From an uncultured Nitrososphaerota archaeon (lineage in GTDB: Archaea; Asgardarchaeota; Njordarchaeia; Njordarchaeales; Njordarchaeaceae): a DNA stretch of 55,875 nucleotides. Made by a program: the position numbers and the translations under genes. A model generated the notes under the pieces. It was given only the letters and a program-made list of their open reading frames with translations. It had not been told where the DNA came from and ran no database searches. How positions within the stretch are numbered: the first letter of the stretch is position 1; each line of letters begins with the position of its first letter. Location: contig CAZFGR010000006.1 in NCBI GenBank assembly GCA_964518475.1, positions 23,355-79,229 of the forward strand. The letters run 5' to 3'. Of the stretch, positions 10,022 through 19,692 are shown piece by piece.

Positions 10022-11251
10022 TTGCGCCGGAAATACCTTTTCTATACCCTAGCATTTCTATCTGGCGCATTTACATCATTGATGGTTGCTATGGATATAT
10101 GGATCTCAGCAAAACTCATCCCAGATATCTGGATATTCGGAATAAGTATCCTTTGGGCCGGTGTTTACATTCACGCTTTTCTCCTCCCCATACTTTCATT
10201 GAAAATTTATGAAAACCGACCAATTGGTCATTTCATAGATCCTTTATTTAAGGGAGTCTTTGTTCCAAGTGGAAAAGTTCTTCATTATCTAATAATCGCT
10301 AGTCTTGGTAATGCTATCGCGTCACTTACATACTTTTTCCTTATAGATATAATGCCCGATCCATCAGCTGTTCTCCCGTTTTCGAGCGTTGTTATTATTT
10401 ATTTAATCATCGGGGACATGATTATTGAGAAAGAAAGTCCTTCTATAGCAGAAATTGAAGGATTGTTCATGATACTCATTGGCGTTATTTTGGTATCATT
10501 TTCCAGAGGAAGAATAGATCCCATTAGCCTCTTACTAGTTCTCGGACCAATGAATTTCGGATCATTCCTGTATAATTATGGGCAAAGGAAAGCAAAAATA
10601 TTCGGGAGAAAAATCGGACAATGCGACTCTATAAACTTTCGTTTCTGGAGCTTATTATTCACTACATTAATATTCTCCTTATTATTACTAATATTTTATA
10701 TCTCGCCTCAAATAGTTCTACTCGGTATCTACTATTCAGTGGTCTATTTTCTGCCATTAGCTATTGATATGGTAATAACATTCTTTGCAGCTGTTTTCTA
10801 TATAAGAGCTCTTGGAATGGGTAAGATGAGCATAGTTAACGCCTTATCGTCAACCTCGGTAGTCATTGGCTTACCACTAACATTAGTTCTTTCTTTCTAT
10901 TTCCCCGAAGTGTATAAGATTCCAGAAATGACTGGTTTATTCTTGTACCTCAGATCTATAGGAGTGATTCTAGTATTTCTTGGAATCATTGGTATTTCAC
11001 TCTCAGAAGTAACGGCTTACATATTGATAAGATCGAGACCTGGTTATTCATCAAAACTGTTAGAAGAAATTATCAGAATTAGGGGCGTAGAATCCGTCGC
11101 CGCGATTGTGGGTCGGTATGACTTCATAGTAAGGGTTAGAACTAGGGCTTATAGTAAAGCTTACGATACAGTGTTAAGAAAAATCATTCAGCTAGAAGGT
11201 ATCGAGGACGTTCACTGGGTATCCGTTTTAAAGGAGTGGGAGAGAATATAG
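10022..11251 (+). CDS. EamA/DMT-like membrane transporter fused to a C-terminal Lrp/AsnC RAM domain
   Basis: About 10 TM helices in two repeats (..LEKES..; RAL..GKMS.VN.L.S), followed by AYILIR..PG..I.GVESV....GRYDFIVRV. Confidence 0.72.
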   Translation: MRRKYLFYTLAFLSGAFTSLMVAMDIWISAKLIPDIWIFGISILWAGVYIHAFLLPILSLKIYENRPIGHFIDPLFKGVFVPSGKVLHYLIIASLGNAIASLTYFFLIDIMPDPSAVLPFSSVVIIYLIIGDMIIEKESPSIAEIEGLFMILIGVILVSFSRGRIDPISLLLVLGPMNFGSFLYNYGQRKAKIFGRKIGQCDSINFRFWSLLFTTLIFSLLLLIFYISPQIVLLGIYYSVVYFLPLAIDMVITFFAAVFYIRALGMGKMSIVNALSSTSVVIGLPLTLVLSFYFPEVYKIPEMTGLFLYLRSIGVILVFLGIIGISLSEVTAYILIRSRPGYSSKLLEEIIRIRGVESVAAIVGRYDFIVRVRTRAYSKAYDTVLRKIIQLEGIEDVHWVSVLKEWERI

Positions 11252-11254
11252 AAA

Positions 11255-11788
11255 CTACTCTTCCTTTTTTGATTCTTTAGTCTTTTTCTCGCTTCCGAGA
11301 ATCTCTTGGTATAACTGCTCCTTCTCTTTATAATACTCCTCTACAGCTTCTTCCTCGTAAACCTTCTTTCTCGGTAGCCATGGAGCGTCTATACCATGCT
11401 CCTCTATGTATTTCCGAATAGCTTTTTTCAGAGCGCCAACGGCTAATGCGCTACAATGATACTTTATCTTTGGTAAACCTCCTAGGGCCTCATCAAGCTC
11501 TTTCCAAGTTATTCTCCAAGCCTCTTCAAGGGTTTTTCCCTGAGTCATCATCGTTAACATGCTAGCAGCAGCTATATTAGCGGCGCATCCATAGCTTTCA
11601 AAAGTTATTTTCTCGATCCTATTATCTCTCACTTTTAAGTAGAACGCTATCATATCCCCACAGGCTGGTGATCCCTCCACTACTACTACATCAGCGTCTT
11701 CCATTGGTCCCATATTTACTGGGTTTCTAAAAAGTTCTATAACCTTTTTACTATACCTAAGCGGCATTCTACTTGCCATGCTTACCAC
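11255..11788 (-). CDS. iscU: Fe-S cluster scaffold IscU/NifU-N
   Basis: YS.KV...F.NP.N.G, PACGD, GC and K.HCS motifs. Confidence 0.93.
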   Translation of the reverse strand: MVSMASRMPLRYSKKVIELFRNPVNMGPMEDADVVVVEGSPACGDMIAFYLKVRDNRIEKITFESYGCAANIAAASMLTMMTQGKTLEEAWRITWKELDEALGGLPKIKYHCSALAVGALKKAIRKYIEEHGIDAPWLPRKKVYEEEAVEEYYKEKEQLYQEILGSEKKTKESKKEE

Positions 11789-13004
11789 CTCTATAAATTT
11801 CTCCAGGCTTTATCACTTCTTTACCAGGCTTCCATGCACTTATTTCTCGGAGCCTATTAACAGCTTCTTTTAACTGTTTAATAACATACTCTATGTCTTC
11901 CCGTGATAATCTTGAATGAAGCGAGAAGAGAATACTACCATGCGCTTCTTCATGTTTTCTACCTATAGCTATTAGGACATGACTCGGCTCTAACTCCCTC
12001 ATAGTACATGCACTTCCAGTCGCGACATATATTCCACGCAAACTCAGCTCTATTGTGAGAGCTTCCCCCTCAACGTATAAGAAGCTTATATTTAGATTAT
12101 TTGGTAATCTTTTATCTCCTCGTGGCCCATTTAATAATGTGTAATCTATTTCTCCTAATATTCTTTCCATAAGAGTATCTCTAAGCCCCTTAACTTTCCT
12201 GATGCGCTCATTCCAATTACTTAAAGCTATCTCAATAGCTTTCCCAAAACCAGCAAGAGCTGGAATGTTCTCAACCCCTGGCCGTAGTGGTTGTGTCGAA
12301 ACGGCTCCGTGCAGGATCCTTCCCAGTCTAACTCCTTTTCTGGCAAATAATGCACTCACTCCTTTTGGTCCTAGTATTTTATGACTACTTATCGTGATCA
12401 TATCTATTCCTAGTTTGTCTGGATCAATCGGTACCCATGTGAAAGCGCTTGTAGCGTCGGAATGAATGACTGTTTCAGGGTTTCTATCCTTCACTACTTC
12501 ACTAATGGCTTTTAGATCTTGTATAGTACCTATTTCATAGTTACCAAGACCTATACTCACTAGTATCGTATCCTTAGTGATGCTTTTCTCCAACTCATCA
12601 ATTTTTACAAAGCCTTCAGCATCTACCAGGATTTTAACAACTTCGAACCCAAACTCTTTGCTCAACCATTCCGCTGGAAACAAAACACTCTGATGCTCTA
12701 TTGAGGAAACAATGATTCTCTTACCCTTTCTACGATTCGCCAAAGAATAACCTATTATTGCTAAGTTATTTGATTCCGTATCATCTGCTGTAAATATAAT
12801 GTTTCCATCGTCAGAGTTTAGAGCCTCAAGAACCTTCTCCGAGACCATATCAAAGACTTCAAGAGCTTCTTGTCCAGGTTTATGGGGGATTGCCGGGTTT
12901 CCGTATCCCCTCACATAGTAGTAGGGTTTCATAGCCTCTAATACTTCTGGTAGAACAAATCCAGAATTCTCCACATCTAGATATACTTCTCTCACTCTCG
13001 CCAC
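11769..13004 (-). CDS. iscS: Cysteine desulfurase, IscS/NifS (group I)
   Basis: EHQSV, SSHKILGPKG (PLP Lys) and GSACT (catalytic Cys). Confidence 0.92.
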   Translation of the reverse strand: MARVREVYLDVENSGFVLPEVLEAMKPYYYVRGYGNPAIPHKPGQEALEVFDMVSEKVLEALNSDDGNIIFTADDTESNNLAIIGYSLANRRKGKRIIVSSIEHQSVLFPAEWLSKEFGFEVVKILVDAEGFVKIDELEKSITKDTILVSIGLGNYEIGTIQDLKAISEVVKDRNPETVIHSDATSAFTWVPIDPDKLGIDMITISSHKILGPKGVSALFARKGVRLGRILHGAVSTQPLRPGVENIPALAGFGKAIEIALSNWNERIRKVKGLRDTLMERILGEIDYTLLNGPRGDKRLPNNLNISFLYVEGEALTIELSLRGIYVATGSACTMRELEPSHVLIAIGRKHEEAHGSILFSLHSRLSREDIEYVIKQLKEAVNRLREISAWKPGKEVIKPGEIYRGGKHGK

Positions 13005-13026
13005 CTCTCGGAAGCAAGTTCTTCTC

Positions 13027-13353
13027 TTATTCTCTCAGCCTCTTCAGTTGGTTGTCAAGTATAGTATATGCTATCTCTTCCCTTATATCTCTCGTTACCC
13101 TAGTCACTAATCGGTTCTTTATCGCATTAATAACATTGCCAAAGTCTATGGGTCCGAAGTCTATTGTCCCACCATTAATCTTAACTGTAGGTACTGAAAC
13201 AGCACCTTCCCCCACAGCTCTTAACACATTCTGCCCACAATCTACTAGTTCTACCGAGTTCAAAAGTTTCTTATCTTTGAGCCTTTTCAACAGTTTTAGA
13301 CTAGTAGGACATGATTTATGGTACAGAATAACGCTCTTCTCCAAGTTTTTCAC
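13027..13353 (-). CDS. Thioredoxin/glutaredoxin-fold protein with a CxxS motif (possibly truncated)
   Basis: CPTS at the active-site position and SVP cis-Pro loop; start overlaps the upstream stop (GTGA). Confidence 0.6.
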   Translation of the reverse strand: MKNLEKSVILYHKSCPTSLKLLKRLKDKKLLNSVELVDCGQNVLRAVGEGAVSVPTVKINGGTIDFGPIDFGNVINAIKNRLVTRVTRDIREEIAYTILDNQLKRLRE

Positions 13354-14606
13354 CCTACGGATTTAATTAGTTCTTTTAAGGCATTCACAAAAACATCGAT
13401 TTCCTCCTTCAAGTTATAGAGATAAAAACTGGCTCTGGCAGAGCCTTTCCTAAGACCTAGTCTCTCATGAAGAGGCTGTGCACAATGAAAACCGCTCCTA
13501 ACAGCTATTCCATGAGAATCCAGATATAGTGCGATTTCATGCGGATCAATACCTTTTATGTTAAATGAGATAATCCCTCCCCTCTCCTTTATATCCATAG
13601 GACCATAAATATCGCAATGATCTCCCAGCTCCTCATTCATTCTTCTCAAAGCATACTCCGTTAGTTCTTCTTCGTATCTACGGATGTTTTCCATACCTAT
13701 TCTCTCTAAGTACTCAACGGCAGCCATCAAGCCTATACCACCCGCTATGTTAGGTGTTCCAGCCTCAAATTTCCATGGAAGCCTATTCCAGACAACACTA
13801 CAAGATCCGTTAAGACTACAGCTAACCTCCTTTATCATGTCTCCACCCGATAGGAAGGGATCCATACTCTCCAAAAGTTCTTTTTTCCCATAGAGCACCC
13901 CAATACCCGTAGGCCCCAACATTTTATGACCGCTAAAGCCGAGAAAATCAATGTCGAGATCTTTCACGTTTACAGGCATATGAGGAACCGACTGAGCCCC
14001 ATCAACTACTATAACCGCGTCGTGCTCATGCGCTAGTTTCGCAATCTTTCTGACATCGTTTATTGTTCCAAGAACATTCGACATGTGAACAATCGCAACG
14101 ATCTTAGTTCTCTCCGAAACAATCTCTTCTAACATCGCATAATTGAGTCGATAGTCATCTGTTATATCTACGACTTTTAGTTTCGCACCTTTTAGCATTG
14201 CTAATCTATACCAAGGTAGTAAGTTACTGTGATGCTCCATGATAGATATGACGATTTCATCGCCCCTGTCAACAATCGCTGGTCCCAAAGAATACGCTAC
14301 AAGATTCAGTGCTTCAGAAGTATTCCTTACAAAAATCACTTCTTCCCCGCTTTCTGCACCTATGAATTTAGCCACCCTTTCATGAGCTTCTTCATAAAGT
14401 TCCGAGGCTTCCTGACTTAGAGTGTGAAGCCCCCTATGAATATTTGCATTATGTTGCTCATAGAACTCCTTTATAGCCTCTATAACTTGTCGAGGCCGTT
14501 GAGAAGTAGCTCCATTATCGAAGTATATCAATGGTTTATCACCTATTTTTCGAGAAAATATTGGGAAATCTTCTCGAATTCGCTTTGGATCCATGCCAGT
14601 CACCAT
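13350..14606 (-). CDS. sufS: Cysteine desulfurase, SufS/CsdA (group II)
   Basis: YFDNGATSQ, EHHSN, SGHKMLGPTG and RSGFHCAQP. Confidence 0.93.
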   Translation of the reverse strand: MVTGMDPKRIREDFPIFSRKIGDKPLIYFDNGATSQRPRQVIEAIKEFYEQHNANIHRGLHTLSQEASELYEEAHERVAKFIGAESGEEVIFVRNTSEALNLVAYSLGPAIVDRGDEIVISIMEHHSNLLPWYRLAMLKGAKLKVVDITDDYRLNYAMLEEIVSERTKIVAIVHMSNVLGTINDVRKIAKLAHEHDAVIVVDGAQSVPHMPVNVKDLDIDFLGFSGHKMLGPTGIGVLYGKKELLESMDPFLSGGDMIKEVSCSLNGSCSVVWNRLPWKFEAGTPNIAGGIGLMAAVEYLERIGMENIRRYEEELTEYALRRMNEELGDHCDIYGPMDIKERGGIISFNIKGIDPHEIALYLDSHGIAVRSGFHCAQPLHERLGLRKGSARASFYLYNLKEEIDVFVNALKELIKSVG

Positions 14607-14672
14607 AACACTGTTATATACATAACTTATTAGAAAACATATTTAACTCTATAGTCCTTAAACACGTGAATA

Positions 14673-14686
14673 TTGTTATATAACAA
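14673..14686. promoter_or_regulatory. Perfect 14-bp palindrome TTGTTATATAACAA in the divergent promoter region upstream of sufS
   Basis: Self-reverse-complementary and contains a TATA-like core; TGTTATATA recurs at 14612-14620. Confidence 0.4.
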
Positions 14687-14707
14687 ATACTCCTGAGGCG
14701 AGATCGA

Positions 14708-14983
14708 TTGCTATCCAGAGAACTAAGAAAATATATCTCTACAATAATTGAGCCTTGCGGAGAAGGCAGGAATCTAGTAGTGATGCTTAAGCCAAGCACT
14801 AAAAATACAGTAATAGAAAAAGTAACTTCACGACTAGAAGAAATAATAGTACAGACAAAAGTTATGACAAAAGGATATTACAGGGGAATAGAGATCACCA
14901 TATACTCGTCGGGCAAGCTTTTATTAAAAAACGTTCGAAGCCGTGAAATTGGTGAAAGAATTCTTGCCGAATTACTTCAATAA
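14708..14983 (+). CDS. Small hypothetical protein
   Basis: 91-aa ORF with an EPC motif and ITIYSSGKLLLK beta-hairpin; converges on the next gene. Confidence 0.6.
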   Translation: MLSRELRKYISTIIEPCGEGRNLVVMLKPSTKNTVIEKVTSRLEEIIVQTKVMTKGYYRGIEITIYSSGKLLLKNVRSREIGERILAELLQ

Positions 14984-14985
14984 TT

Positions 14986-15294
14986 TCAGTCTTGAATTCC
15001 TAGTGCCTCCGTAATGGCCTTTATTATTCTTTCGCCCTTTTCTGTTAATTTATAGAGCTTTTCCTCAACTCCAGCGACTTTTCTAGCGGGGGACACCGCC
15101 ACTAATCCATACTCTTCTAACTGTTTCAGTTTTCTAATCGTCGTTGCAATCGTCATTTCAGCATATTTTGACGCAGCTAGGTTTGTTCTGCTTATGTTCT
15201 TTTCTCCATTCTTTAATGCTAGCATTATCGCTATGGCGTATGGATCAAAAACTTTCAGGAACTCATATTCTTTCGCAACTCGGTAAATTCTCAT
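14986..15294 (-). CDS. Winged-HTH (HxlR/MarR-like) transcriptional regulator
   Basis: T..RKLKQLEEYGLV...YKLTEKG; GGGTGA SD. Confidence 0.8.
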   Translation of the reverse strand: MRIYRVAKEYEFLKVFDPYAIAIMLALKNGEKNISRTNLAASKYAEMTIATTIRKLKQLEEYGLVAVSPARKVAGVEEKLYKLTEKGERIIKAITEALGIQD

Positions 15295-15555
15295 TCTAAT
15301 TCACCCCTACAATGACTGGGTTTCTATTCATAGTATATCATTAATGCTACATTAACTACTTAAACGTTTTTTGGATATATTGAGAGAATAGTAACGATTC
15401 ACGAGAAATGAAAGAAAATGCAATAATAAAAAGTTTTATGTATCATCCTCCACATATCTTAAAATTTTGAGAATGTAGAAAAATATCTCTACTAATTTTT
15501 TTGAGCTGATGCATTATTAAATAGTGAAAAAAGAGACATGTATCAGTTTATCTAC

Positions 15556-17226
15556 TTAAATGCCAATATTTATTGCCCTAGAAAGCACTCTGGATCCACG
15601 GTAATCAGGCAACAATATAGGTGCTTTCCTGTCAGTCTCTATTTTCTCCTTCTTCAATAGTTCTTCCCACTTTCTGACATGATCGAGAGTTAACTTACCC
15701 ACGCTTGCGTGTTTAATATGCTTAGCTGCGTATATTCCTGCTCTCCGACCGAATACGTTTATTTCTAAGAGACTATTACCCATTAGCCTATTTTTACCGT
15801 GTACTCCACCCGATACCTCGCCAGCAGCGAATAGTCCAGGAATAGGCTTGCCACCAGCATCTAATGCTTGCGCATAGACGTTTATCTCTACTCCGCCATT
15901 CATATAGTGCAGTGTTGGGAACACGAGTACCGGCTCCTTGGTCATGTCGATTCCGAATCTCATGAATTGCCTATACATCGCTGCTAAGTATCTCTTGATT
16001 GTGCCTTCTCCATGGATTATCTCGATCATCGGTGAATCAAGCCAGACTCCTCTCATACCAGTTGGTGTAATTACTCCCTTGTTTCTTCCATAGCACTCTC
16101 TAATAATGGCAGCAGCAACCACGTCTCTGGGCTCTAGTGGATAGATAAATTGTTCCCCCTCTGCATTTACTAGTTGAGCACCCAATCCTCTAACCTTTTC
16201 CGTAACTAGCTGTCCCACTATTTGCTCTGGATACGCTGCTCCCGTTGGGTGGTACTGTACGGAATCCATATTTACTAGGTGAGCACCGACTCTGTAAGCC
16301 ATTACTACCCCATCCATAGTTGCTCCGTAGTGGTTCGTTGTTGGGAATCCTTGGATATGCAATCTACCGAATCCTCCGGTCGCGAGGATGGTTGCTTTGG
16401 CTCTAACTATGAGATATTCCTTTGTCTCTAGGTTAACTAATACTGCTCCCGCTACCTGACCTCTATCATCCATTAACAATTCTACCGCTGGAGAAAATTC
16501 TAGGATAGGAATTTCTCTATTCAAGACCTCATCCATCAGAACACGCATTATCTCTAATCCCGTATAGTCCTTGGCAGCGTGTAGTCTTTTTCTACAAGTT
16601 CCTCCGCCAGACAATTCTATAAAGTTTCCTTCTTCGTCCTTATCATACATTATTCCGAGTTCCTCATGCCATTTAATTATTCTAAGCGCGTCCTCCACTA
16701 ACGCTCTGACGAGTTCTGGTTTATTGGCGTAGTGTCCTCCTCCCATAACATCTATGAAGTGAAGAACCGGACTATCATTAGGTCTATCAGCTGCTTGAAT
16801 ACCTCCCTGAGCCATTTTCGTGTTAGCGTCTCCGAATCGGAGCTTTGTGGCTAATAATATTCTATCTGCGGGTACTCCACTATAATTCGCCCATAGAGCA
16901 GCGGCTGCTCCCGCTCCTCCACCTCCTATTATGAGAATATCCACATCATAGTCTATTTGATTCAGTGATATCTCATCGGGATTAATTAAGGCATGCGCTT
17001 CTAGTAGATCAGCAACTTCGTTAGGAACAGGATCACCTTTATTAGGACCTATTCTAAGTTTTCTCTTACCCTCTGGTCTATAATCTGGATGCCATTTCTT
17101 CAATAGTTCCTCTTTCTCTTCGGGAGAGATTCTTCTATAAACCTCTTTTAAGCGCCTGTCCCTGGTTTCTTCTACTTTCTCGATGGATTCCCAAAACTCC
17201 TCGGGATAGCCCGGATACTTCTCCAT
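15556..17226 (-). CDS. Fumarate reductase/succinate dehydrogenase-like flavoprotein (soluble, TfrA-like)
   Basis: GGGGAG, T.MAQGG, QYHPTG, TE..RG, PRD, HY.NGG and HG.NRL.GNSL; start placed at ATG 17226 after GAGGTGA. Confidence 0.88.
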   Translation of the reverse strand: MEKYPGYPEEFWESIEKVEETRDRRLKEVYRRISPEEKEELLKKWHPDYRPEGKRKLRIGPNKGDPVPNEVADLLEAHALINPDEISLNQIDYDVDILIIGGGGAGAAAALWANYSGVPADRILLATKLRFGDANTKMAQGGIQAADRPNDSPVLHFIDVMGGGHYANKPELVRALVEDALRIIKWHEELGIMYDKDEEGNFIELSGGGTCRKRLHAAKDYTGLEIMRVLMDEVLNREIPILEFSPAVELLMDDRGQVAGAVLVNLETKEYLIVRAKATILATGGFGRLHIQGFPTTNHYGATMDGVVMAYRVGAHLVNMDSVQYHPTGAAYPEQIVGQLVTEKVRGLGAQLVNAEGEQFIYPLEPRDVVAAAIIRECYGRNKGVITPTGMRGVWLDSPMIEIIHGEGTIKRYLAAMYRQFMRFGIDMTKEPVLVFPTLHYMNGGVEINVYAQALDAGGKPIPGLFAAGEVSGGVHGKNRLMGNSLLEINVFGRRAGIYAAKHIKHASVGKLTLDHVRKWEELLKKEKIETDRKAPILLPDYRGSRVLSRAINIGI

Positions 17227-17249
17227 TTCACTCACCTCTTTCATATATC

Positions 17250-17957
17250 TTATTTTTCAATTTCTCTACTTTCATATAGTTTCTTCCACAATTCTGGCCC
17301 ACCCGTGACTAATTTGTCGAGTTCCTCCTTGAAAGCCCCAGCTTCCAAGGCCTTCAGTTTCTCCTCCAGATGCTTTGATTTCTTGGCTATGTATTTTCCA
17401 TACAGTCTCCTTACTAACTGGAAAACATGATAATGGACTATCTCAGCTGGACATCTCATTGAACAGATGCCGCATGCTATACAGTCGAATGTCATGTGGG
17501 CTGCTTTTTCGATATTGCCTCTAAGAATCTCTTGAACAGCGTCCATTACTTGTATTTCTTGTGGACACGATTTTGTACATGTATTGCAGGAAACGCATCT
17601 AGTGAGTTCTGGGAAAATGCTGATGACTACGGATCCCTCTGGTCTTAATTTCTCAATATCGTATATTGGTTTCTTGGCTGGTACGAATGGGATCATAACA
17701 AGATACATTCCATCTTTTATCGTTGTTTGACATGCTAATCCAGTGTATAGCTTATAGTCATCCTTTAGCCTATAAACTGTGGTGCAAGCCCCACAGAAAC
17801 CCGCTCTACAACCGACCCCTCTGATTAACCTATACCCTACATACTCTAGGGCCTTTAGAATTGTCAGACCTTCTGGTACTTCATATTTCTTTCCCATTAC
17901 ATATATTGTTACAGTTTTCATCTTAGGTTGCTTAGCAGCTACCTGCTCCTCAGCCAC
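17250..17957 (-). CDS. FrdB/SdhB-like Fe-S subunit ([2Fe-2S] + 2x[4Fe-4S])
   Basis: CRAGFCGAC...C, CVSCNTC...CP and CIACGIC...CP. Confidence 0.88.
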   Translation of the reverse strand: MAEEQVAAKQPKMKTVTIYVMGKKYEVPEGLTILKALEYVGYRLIRGVGCRAGFCGACTTVYRLKDDYKLYTGLACQTTIKDGMYLVMIPFVPAKKPIYDIEKLRPEGSVVISIFPELTRCVSCNTCTKSCPQEIQVMDAVQEILRGNIEKAAHMTFDCIACGICSMRCPAEIVHYHVFQLVRRLYGKYIAKKSKHLEEKLKALEAGAFKEELDKLVTGGPELWKKLYESREIEK

Positions 17958-18830
17958 TTATCCATCACCTCTAACAAGCTTAGTTAATTCTTCAACAATT
18001 TCTTTTTCAATAAGATTCTCTAACCCAAGGGAAAAAGCAAGAAGTTCGGTAAAATACAATAAAATAACTTTCTCTTTCAATTCTTTTCTAGCCATCTCAA
18101 GACCTTTTTCCAGGTTGTAGTGGCATAGAGGACAGGTAGTTACAATTATTTTAGCCTCCCTATTCAAAGCCCCTTGAATAATCTTTATAGCTCGCTCCTT
18201 AATCACCTCCGCATTATTGACAACGTGATAAGCCCCACAGCATTCTGTCTTAAACGGATAATCTATGGGTTCTCCGCCAAGAACTTCTACTAGATCATCC
18301 ATGATCGTGGGATCTTCTGGATCATCTATTCCAGTGTCCCTAGGCTTAACAAGCATACAACCATAATAGCATGCGACCTTTACGCCATTAAGCTGCTTCT
18401 TGACCTTCTCAGCTATTTTTTGGAAACCAATATCGTCTCTCAGTACCGTTAGGTAGTGTAAAACATTTATTTCTCCTAAATAATCTTCCTCATCGTCCAT
18501 GAACTTGTTAAGCTTCTCAAGAGCTTCCGGATCCTCCTTAAGGAGATTGTTCACTCTCTTAAGAACATGATAGCACATGGAACAGAGGGTGACCAAGTTC
18601 TTCGTCTTGACCTCTCTAGAAAATTCCTGAGCCCTTATGAGGTTTCTAGCCGGTGCTATATGATGAAAAACACTATCTTCCGCGAGCCCGAACACTACTC
18701 CGCAACAGTTCCAGCGCTTTAATTCAACCATTTCAAAACCAAGAGCTTTTGCCACCGCCAAAGCTGTTTTCTCATAGCGTTCTCCATAAGTCTTCATAGT
18801 GCAACCAGGATAGTACATGTATCTGATCAT
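17958..18830 (-). CDS. hdrB: Heterodisulfide reductase subunit B (two CCG domains)
   Basis: YYPGC, WNCCG, CSMC, YYGC, ECCG and CPLC. Confidence 0.92.
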   Translation of the reverse strand: MIRYMYYPGCTMKTYGERYEKTALAVAKALGFEMVELKRWNCCGVVFGLAEDSVFHHIAPARNLIRAQEFSREVKTKNLVTLCSMCYHVLKRVNNLLKEDPEALEKLNKFMDDEEDYLGEINVLHYLTVLRDDIGFQKIAEKVKKQLNGVKVACYYGCMLVKPRDTGIDDPEDPTIMDDLVEVLGGEPIDYPFKTECCGAYHVVNNAEVIKERAIKIIQGALNREAKIIVTTCPLCHYNLEKGLEMARKELKEKVILLYFTELLAFSLGLENLIEKEIVEELTKLVRGDG

Positions 18831-18837
18831 TTTCGCT

Positions 18838-19221
18838 TCACCCAGTCAATTTCCTAGACGCAGCAACCAATGCAATGGTCGGTAACTCCTCCACATTCTT
18901 AAGTTTCCTGAGATTGATCCTATCAATACCCCTTCTTAATGTAATCAAGCGTAACGCTTCCATTATCTTCGAAATATCCACGTCTCTAGGACATCTCACA
19001 GAGCAAGTAAAGCATGCAGCACAGATCCACGGAGTTTTCGCCAGTAAAACACTTTCGTCTCCCAGTTGAATCTTGTGAATAACAACGTTAGGCAATAGAT
19101 CCATATTACTAGTAAAGGGGCAGCTACCGGAACACTTTCCACATTGGTAGCAAGCATAAACATTCTGTCCACTAATCTGGAATACCTTCTCAGCTAATTC
19201 GTTTGGAAAAACTCCCTCCAT
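18838..19221 (-). CDS. hdrC: Heterodisulfide reductase subunit C
   Basis: CYQCGKCSGSCP and PWICAACFTCSVRCPR. Confidence 0.92.
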   Translation of the reverse strand: MEGVFPNELAEKVFQISGQNVYACYQCGKCSGSCPFTSNMDLLPNVVIHKIQLGDESVLLAKTPWICAACFTCSVRCPRDVDISKIMEALRLITLRRGIDRINLRKLKNVEELPTIALVAASRKLTG

Positions 19222-19692
19222 TCAACATCCCCTCAAATCATTATTAATGATTAGGGAAACGACTTTCTTAACAACTTTTTTGATTGGTTCTGAAATTTTT
19301 TCACCGAAAAAGGTGTTACGAGAAATATTTACAGCGTATACAATAACATCTTTTGGCACCTGATCCGGCAAGGCGTTCCTCAGCAGGTTATATGCTGTGA
19401 TTAAATCCACATTATGAGGAGAGAAAGTAGAAGGAGTCGTCGTTACCTCATTTATTCTGAACCTTATTACTTCCCCTTCTGCTAGGTTTTCTAATCTTAT
19501 AGAATCAATAATAACTGCTTTGTCATATCCTAAGCACTCTTCTAGCACTGAAAATGCATTACCTATCATTTTCTTCACGACCACATCTCCGCATCTTAGG
19601 CGCTTTTCCAGTTCCTCAGCAATGATTAGTCCTACTGAGTCGTCTCCTAGAAGATCGTTTCCTAAACCAATGACTATGGTTTTCATTTTCAC
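19222..19692 (-). CDS. [NiFe]-hydrogenase maturation protease
   Basis: GLGN.L.GDD.VG, IIDS and SPH motifs. Confidence 0.92.
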   Translation of the reverse strand: MKMKTIVIGLGNDLLGDDSVGLIIAEELEKRLRCGDVVVKKMIGNAFSVLEECLGYDKAVIIDSIRLENLAEGEVIRFRINEVTTTPSTFSPHNVDLITAYNLLRNALPDQVPKDVIVYAVNISRNTFFGEKISEPIKKVVKKVVSLIINNDLRGC

